11,901 bases of DNA from Piromyces finnis finn (lineage: Eukaryota; Fungi; Neocallimastigomycota), in NCBI GenBank assembly GCA_002104945.1, contig MCFH01000229.1:1-11901 (forward strand), in the 5' to 3' direction. The translations under genes and the position numbers were made by a program. Below, piece by piece: positions 7,318 to 11,901 of the stretch. Every line of letters begins with the position of its first letter. Position 1 is the stretch's first letter. A model generated the notes under the pieces. That model did no database searches and was not told where the DNA came from. It was given only the letters and a program-made list of their open reading frames with translations.

Positions 7318-7755
7318 TTTTTCCTAAATACATTTATATTATATTATAACTATTTATTTCTTATATATTATTATTTAAAATCTACACTAAAATCTTAATT
7401 ATTAATAAATATTTAAACTATAACTATTTTTAGTAAAATACAATTGGCAATTCAAATTAAGTACCATTTAATTTGAATATGTGCCCATGTATTATTGATA
7501 TATTAATCATTTATTATTTATCTATTTCTATAAAAAACAATACTAAAACTAGGGATTTAAATTGAGAATATTAATTTACTTGTTAAACATTAAAAATAAA
7601 TTAATAATTTATTTTGTTTTAAACTTTAATTATTAATAAATAAATTATGTCTCATTTTCTTTTTCTGAATATAATTTGTGTAACTTAAAACAATAATACT
7701 TGTGGCTTAAGTTACATTAAAGATATCAAACAGAGGCGTTTGATATCTTTACAAT

Positions 7756-7765
7756 CTCTCTCTCT
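7756..7765 (-). promoter_or_regulatory. Polypurine tract, copy C
   Basis: AGAGAGAGAG-AT-TGTAAAG, identical context to copy B. Confidence 0.85.
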
Positions 7766-7789
7766 AAGTCGAGCTCCTGCGAGATTAAT

Positions 7790-10700
7790 TTATAAGGAAT
7801 CTTTTCTCGAAGGAATTTCAATTACAAATGGTTGGTATCTGTGCTTGATTAGATTACCAACTTTATTCTTTCTAATTTTCATGGAGGAGTCTTTCGACTT
7901 ATATTTTGACTTTTTAGAGTTTCTTTCAAACTCTTGTATTAATTGTTTATCTGGAATCTGATCTTCAGAAATCCAAGTGGATTTGTCAAATCCTTTCCAT
8001 GATAACTTATAAAATGTTTCACCATTAACAGATTCATCTTTTCAATTTTCTCTGGAATTTTTTCAATTAAATCTGTGTTAAGGTGAATGTCCTCTTCCTA
8101 CGATTAGACCTGTCGTTAAACTTGTTTTCAAAGTATGGTTCTAACAATGAAACATGAAAGACTGGATGACATCTCATTGTCTTTGGAAGTTTCAATTTGA
8201 AAGCGAGAGAACTTAACTTTTCCAATTATCTCAAATGGGCCAAGCATTTGAGGTGCTAATTTTCTCTTTAGGTTAGTTCCAGGAGAATCTTTCAATAACC
8301 ATACCTTCTTTCCCACTTCGAACTCCGGGGAATCATTCTCTTCATATCGGCATATTTCTTATATGTTTCTTTTGCTTTTTCTAAGTTTTCTTTTAATAAT
8401 TTAAAGTTTTCATTCATATCAATTACTCTTTGTTCAGCTCTACTAGGTCTATCATTAGCTGGAATTTCTAAGCTGAACTTTGGATGAAAACCATAATTAG
8501 CAAAGAATGGAGATTGATTTATAGATTGTTGTAAAGTATTATTATATGCAAATTCAGCAAATGGGATAAGATCAACCCAGTTATTCTGCTTTTTATTTAT
8601 AAAACAACGGAAATATTGTTCTAATATGCCGTTCACCCTCTCCGTTTGACCATCTGTCTGCGGATGGTTGGCAGTTGATAATGAATGATTGATATTAAGA
8701 AGGTCACAAAGTCTTGACCAAAAGTCAGAAGTAAATTGCGAGCCTCTATCAGAAATGATGGAATCAGGAAGACCATGCAAACGGAAGACATTAGCAATAA
8801 AAGCATCAGCAGCAATCGAAGCAGTAGGAAGACAACGTAAAGGAATGGCGTGAGCAAATTTAGTAAATCTATCGACAACAACCATGAGAGTTGTCATATC
8901 TCTGGACTTAGGAAGATCAACAATAAAATCAATAGAAATATCAGACCAGGGCCTACTGGGAGTGTCCAAAGGGGATAACAATCCATAAGGCTTATGTCTG
9001 GGGACTTTGGATTTGCAACAAGTCACGCAAGATTTGATAAAAGATTTAACATCTGAATGAAACCTTGGCCACCAAAAGTTTCTGGAAATCAGTTCAGTGG
9101 TTTTCTTAATACCGAAATGACCAGCAGCAACAGAATCATGATGAAGTTCCAAAACTCTTGTCCTAAGAGATTTAGGAACATAAATAAGATTATTATATAA
9201 CAAAAATCCTTCATTATCAATAATAACTTTATCAATATTTTTAATAGGTGCATTACATGCAGAACCATTCATTTTAAATTGGACAATAGAATTATAACAA
9301 ATCGTTCATTTTTAAGTTCTAATAAAATAGAATCGATTAACGGTTTGTTATCGCTATGATGAAACGAAATAGTAAGACAAGAAACATCAGAATTAATATT
9401 ATTCTCTACATGGTCACTTCTACGAGACAGGATATCAGGCTTACCGGGATTTCTTTCCAGCTCTATAAATGAGTTTAAAATCAAATCTGGATAAGAACAA
9501 ATTCCATCTAATTTGTCTCTGAGATAACATTTCAGGTTTTCTAGGAAATGTTAAATTCTTGTGATCAGTATAATTATGAACGGATGGCGTGCACCTTCTA
9601 AAATAAATGACGCCATTCTTCAAAGAGCAACTACAATAGCTAAAAGTTCCTTGTCATATATAGGATAGTTTCTTTGACAACTCGTCAAACTTTTAGAAAG
9701 AAATGCAATAGGATGTTAATTTGGCCATCAAATTCTTGAGAGAGAATAGCACCGACAGCATAATTACTAGCATCAGTTTCTACAATAAATTGTTTATTAC
9801 TATCCGCATGTTTCAGAATAGGAGCTTGACGTGAACAGAGATTTTAATAAAATAAAAGCGTCCTGATCTTCTTTCACCCAGTTAAAAAGCAACATTCTCT
9901 TCTAGTGAGTTTGTGAAGAGGGTTTGCAATTTTAAGCCAAAGTCTTTAATAAAAATTCTGTAATAGTTGCATTAAACCAATAAAAGACTGAACCTCTTTA
10001 ACATTTTGGGAACCGGCCAATCGAGAATTGCTTAACTTTATTTCATCCATTTGCAATCCATCCTTTGAAATGACATAACCAAGAAAAGTGGTTTTCTCAA
10101 CATCAAACTCACATTTTTTCTAATTTAACATAAAGATTATTTTCAAGTAGTTTCTTAAGTACCTTTTTAACATGCTCATGAGTTCTTCGATATTATTAGA
10201 ATAAATAAGAATATCATCAATAAATGAGATAACAAAATCGTCTAAATAGTCACTAAGGACATCGTTAATGAAGTGTTGAAAAGTTGCAGGTGCATTCTTT
10301 AATCCAAAAGGCATAACCGATATTCAAAATGTCCATATCTAGTACGAAAAGCCGTTTTGTATTCGTCACCTTCTTTAATAGAACAAGATTATAAGCGGAT
10401 TAAGGTCTAATTTAGTAAAAATCTTAGCATTTTCACCTATCCAAAAGGTCACTAATTAAAGGTAAAGGATATGAATTACGAATGGTAATATCATTCAACT
10501 TCTATAATCGAATACAAGTCTTAGGGAGCATCCTTCTTTTTAACAAATAAAATTGGGGCACCAGCAGGAGACGATGATTTCCTAATAAAACCTTTATTTA
10601 AATTATCATCATATATTTTTAAGTTCTCTCTTTCAACTTCAGTTAATGGATACAAAGGTCCAAAAATAAAGTCGAATCATTTAAGTTTGATTTCACAATC

Positions 10701-11901
10701 ATAAGCTATGAGGAGGTAACACTTCACAATTTTTTTCATTAAACACTTCACTAAATTCTAAATATTGGGTGGTACGCGACCAATTTATCTTATTAATACT
10801 TTTTCATTATTATTATTATTACTACATGATTCGTTATCATTATTACATGTTTCATTAATTTTTGTTACAATACATTTAACTTTTTTATTAAAACTAAATA
10901 TATTCATCTGCTATCATCTTCAATTGATTTCTAACAAGGCGGCCTTTAACATATTCTTTTTCTTCATTTTTTGGGACAGAGGGATCTACTTTCGGCTTTT
11001 TGGTCAAGCTTCGGTCGAGAACATCATGATCTAATATCATTCTTTGACTTCTTTCTTGGTTCTCTTCTTTTGCTTTATTACAATGTCTGGCACAATAACC
11101 AGAACTAAAAGCGATTTTCTTAGAGTCGTAGAAAGCATTTGGATATGCTTCTTTATCCACGGCAAACCAAGAATAACATCAACACCGGGGACTTGTAATC
11201 CATAAAGTTGAATTACTTCGAAGTGATTTTTGCAACGGAGCATGCACTTCTCAGTCCTTTCCCAAACACTAACAACTCCATCACTAACACCTGAAACACG
11301 GAATGGTTCTACTTTTTCCAAATTAATACCAAGTTCTTCAGCAAGACTTGGATTAATGAAATTTAATTCAGAACCGGAATCAATTAAAACCTTAATTTTA
11401 ACTTCCGAAATTCATTGGTACTCAAGTAAAAGTCCACAAGGTTTAAATCACTTTTCACTCCCTGACTCCAACTTTGTAAATTTTGGATTAACAATTTTTG
11501 GAGTCCTTTCTTTAACAATTCTTAAACTTTTCTGGCTTTACTCTATTAGGACAATTAAATTTTAAATGTCCCGGTTGTTTACAAAGAAAACATAACCCTT
11601 TTTTCTTTTCTTCTTCAAAGTTCTATGTTTTCATTGTAATTTTTACTTGATCCTTGAATATTCACATACCTTTTTCGTTTATTCTCTCTACTAATTTAAA
11701 TCATCCACATCCATAGGATCATTAGCCCTTCTACCATTAAATAAAATTCACTTAAAGAATTCCTTTTCATCATATCTTCAACTAAAATTTAGTAAAATCA
11801 ATTGTTCAATTGAAGTTGGTTTGATTCAATGAAAGCCAACTTCTCCCTAAGTGGTGGTAATAAACCTTTCAGAACATGTAGATTTTTTGCGCTATATTAA
11901 A
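7790..11901 (-). CDS. Gag-Pol region of copy C (gag C-terminus, PR ~11130-11400, RT ~9830-10775, RNase H ~9415-9790, IN ~8080-9272, chromodomain), fragmented by indels
   Basis: Same motifs as copy B: CCHC 11551-11592, DSG Asp 11379-11381, FIDD 10213-10224, 326-aa integrase ORF 8292-9272, stop at 7790-7792. Confidence 0.9.

Larger units (their letters stand above)
1645..7753 (-). mobile_element. Ty3/gypsy chromovirus-type LTR retrotransposon, copy B (5' LTR 7753-7150, internal region 7149-2081, 3' LTR truncated at ~1645 by the fold-back)
   Basis: Gag CCHC knuckle, LIDSGS protease, RT, RNase H, DD35E integrase and chromodomain occur in gypsy order (integrase after RNase H). The LTR is repeated at both ends and a PPT precedes the 3' LTR. 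The left boundary is approximate. Confidence 0.97.
7150..7753 (-). repeat. Complete LTR (604 bp) shared between copies B and C
   Basis: On the minus strand it starts TGTAAAG (7753), directly after the PPT plus AT, and ends CTTTACA (7150), giving TG...CA termini with a 7-bp terminal inverted repeat. The U3 part recurs at 1645-2080 and, inverted, at 1195-1590. Confidence 0.92.
7150..11901 (-). mobile_element. Second tandem copy (copy C) of the same retrotransposon, cut off within gag by the window end; its 3' LTR is also the 5' LTR of copy B
   Basis: 7754-11901 aligns by eye with 2081-~6238. The LTR starts (2080 and 7753) and pol stops (2117 and 7790) are both offset by 5673 bp. Confidence 0.97.

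Noticed and set aside
7593-7615. AT-only palindrome AAAATAAATTA-A-TAATTTATTTT and the TTAATTATTAATAAATA direct repeat in U3
   Set aside because: Pure A/T in an extremely AT-rich LTR, so expected by chance.
10213-10224. FIDD instead of YIDD as an unusual RT active site
   Set aside because: Copy B reads Tyr at this position, the difference is one base in noisy data, and FIDD is common among chromovirus RTs.

Overview
The whole window derives from one AT-rich eukaryotic Ty3/gypsy (Metaviridae, chromovirus-type) LTR retrotransposon, with domain order gag(CCHC)-protease-RT-RNaseH-integrase-chromodomain. No host gene or flanking DNA is visible. Two minus-strand copies lie head-to-tail and share one 604-bp LTR (7150-7753, TGTAAAG...CTTTACA), with a repeat period of 5673 bp. 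A third, noisier partial copy (1-~1590) is an inverted fold-back of ~1645-3324. Frameshifts fall at different places in each copy and look like long-read indel errors, so the underlying element may be intact. There is no tRNA primer-binding site. Instead, the 11 nt after the LTR (ATAACAATTAC) are perfectly complementary to an 11-mer inside the LTR that lies 28 nt downstream of a TATAAATA box, the signature of Tf1-type self-primed reverse transcription. Other structures include a competing U5 hairpin over the PBS, tandem U3 hairpins, a 54-bp tandem array, a palindrome-bearing stem-loop and an A21 tract in the leader, and a chromodomain lacking its first aromatic-cage residue. The layout (single-LTR concatemer plus fold-back) may reflect a rolling-circle-amplified 1-LTR circle rather than a chromosomal locus.
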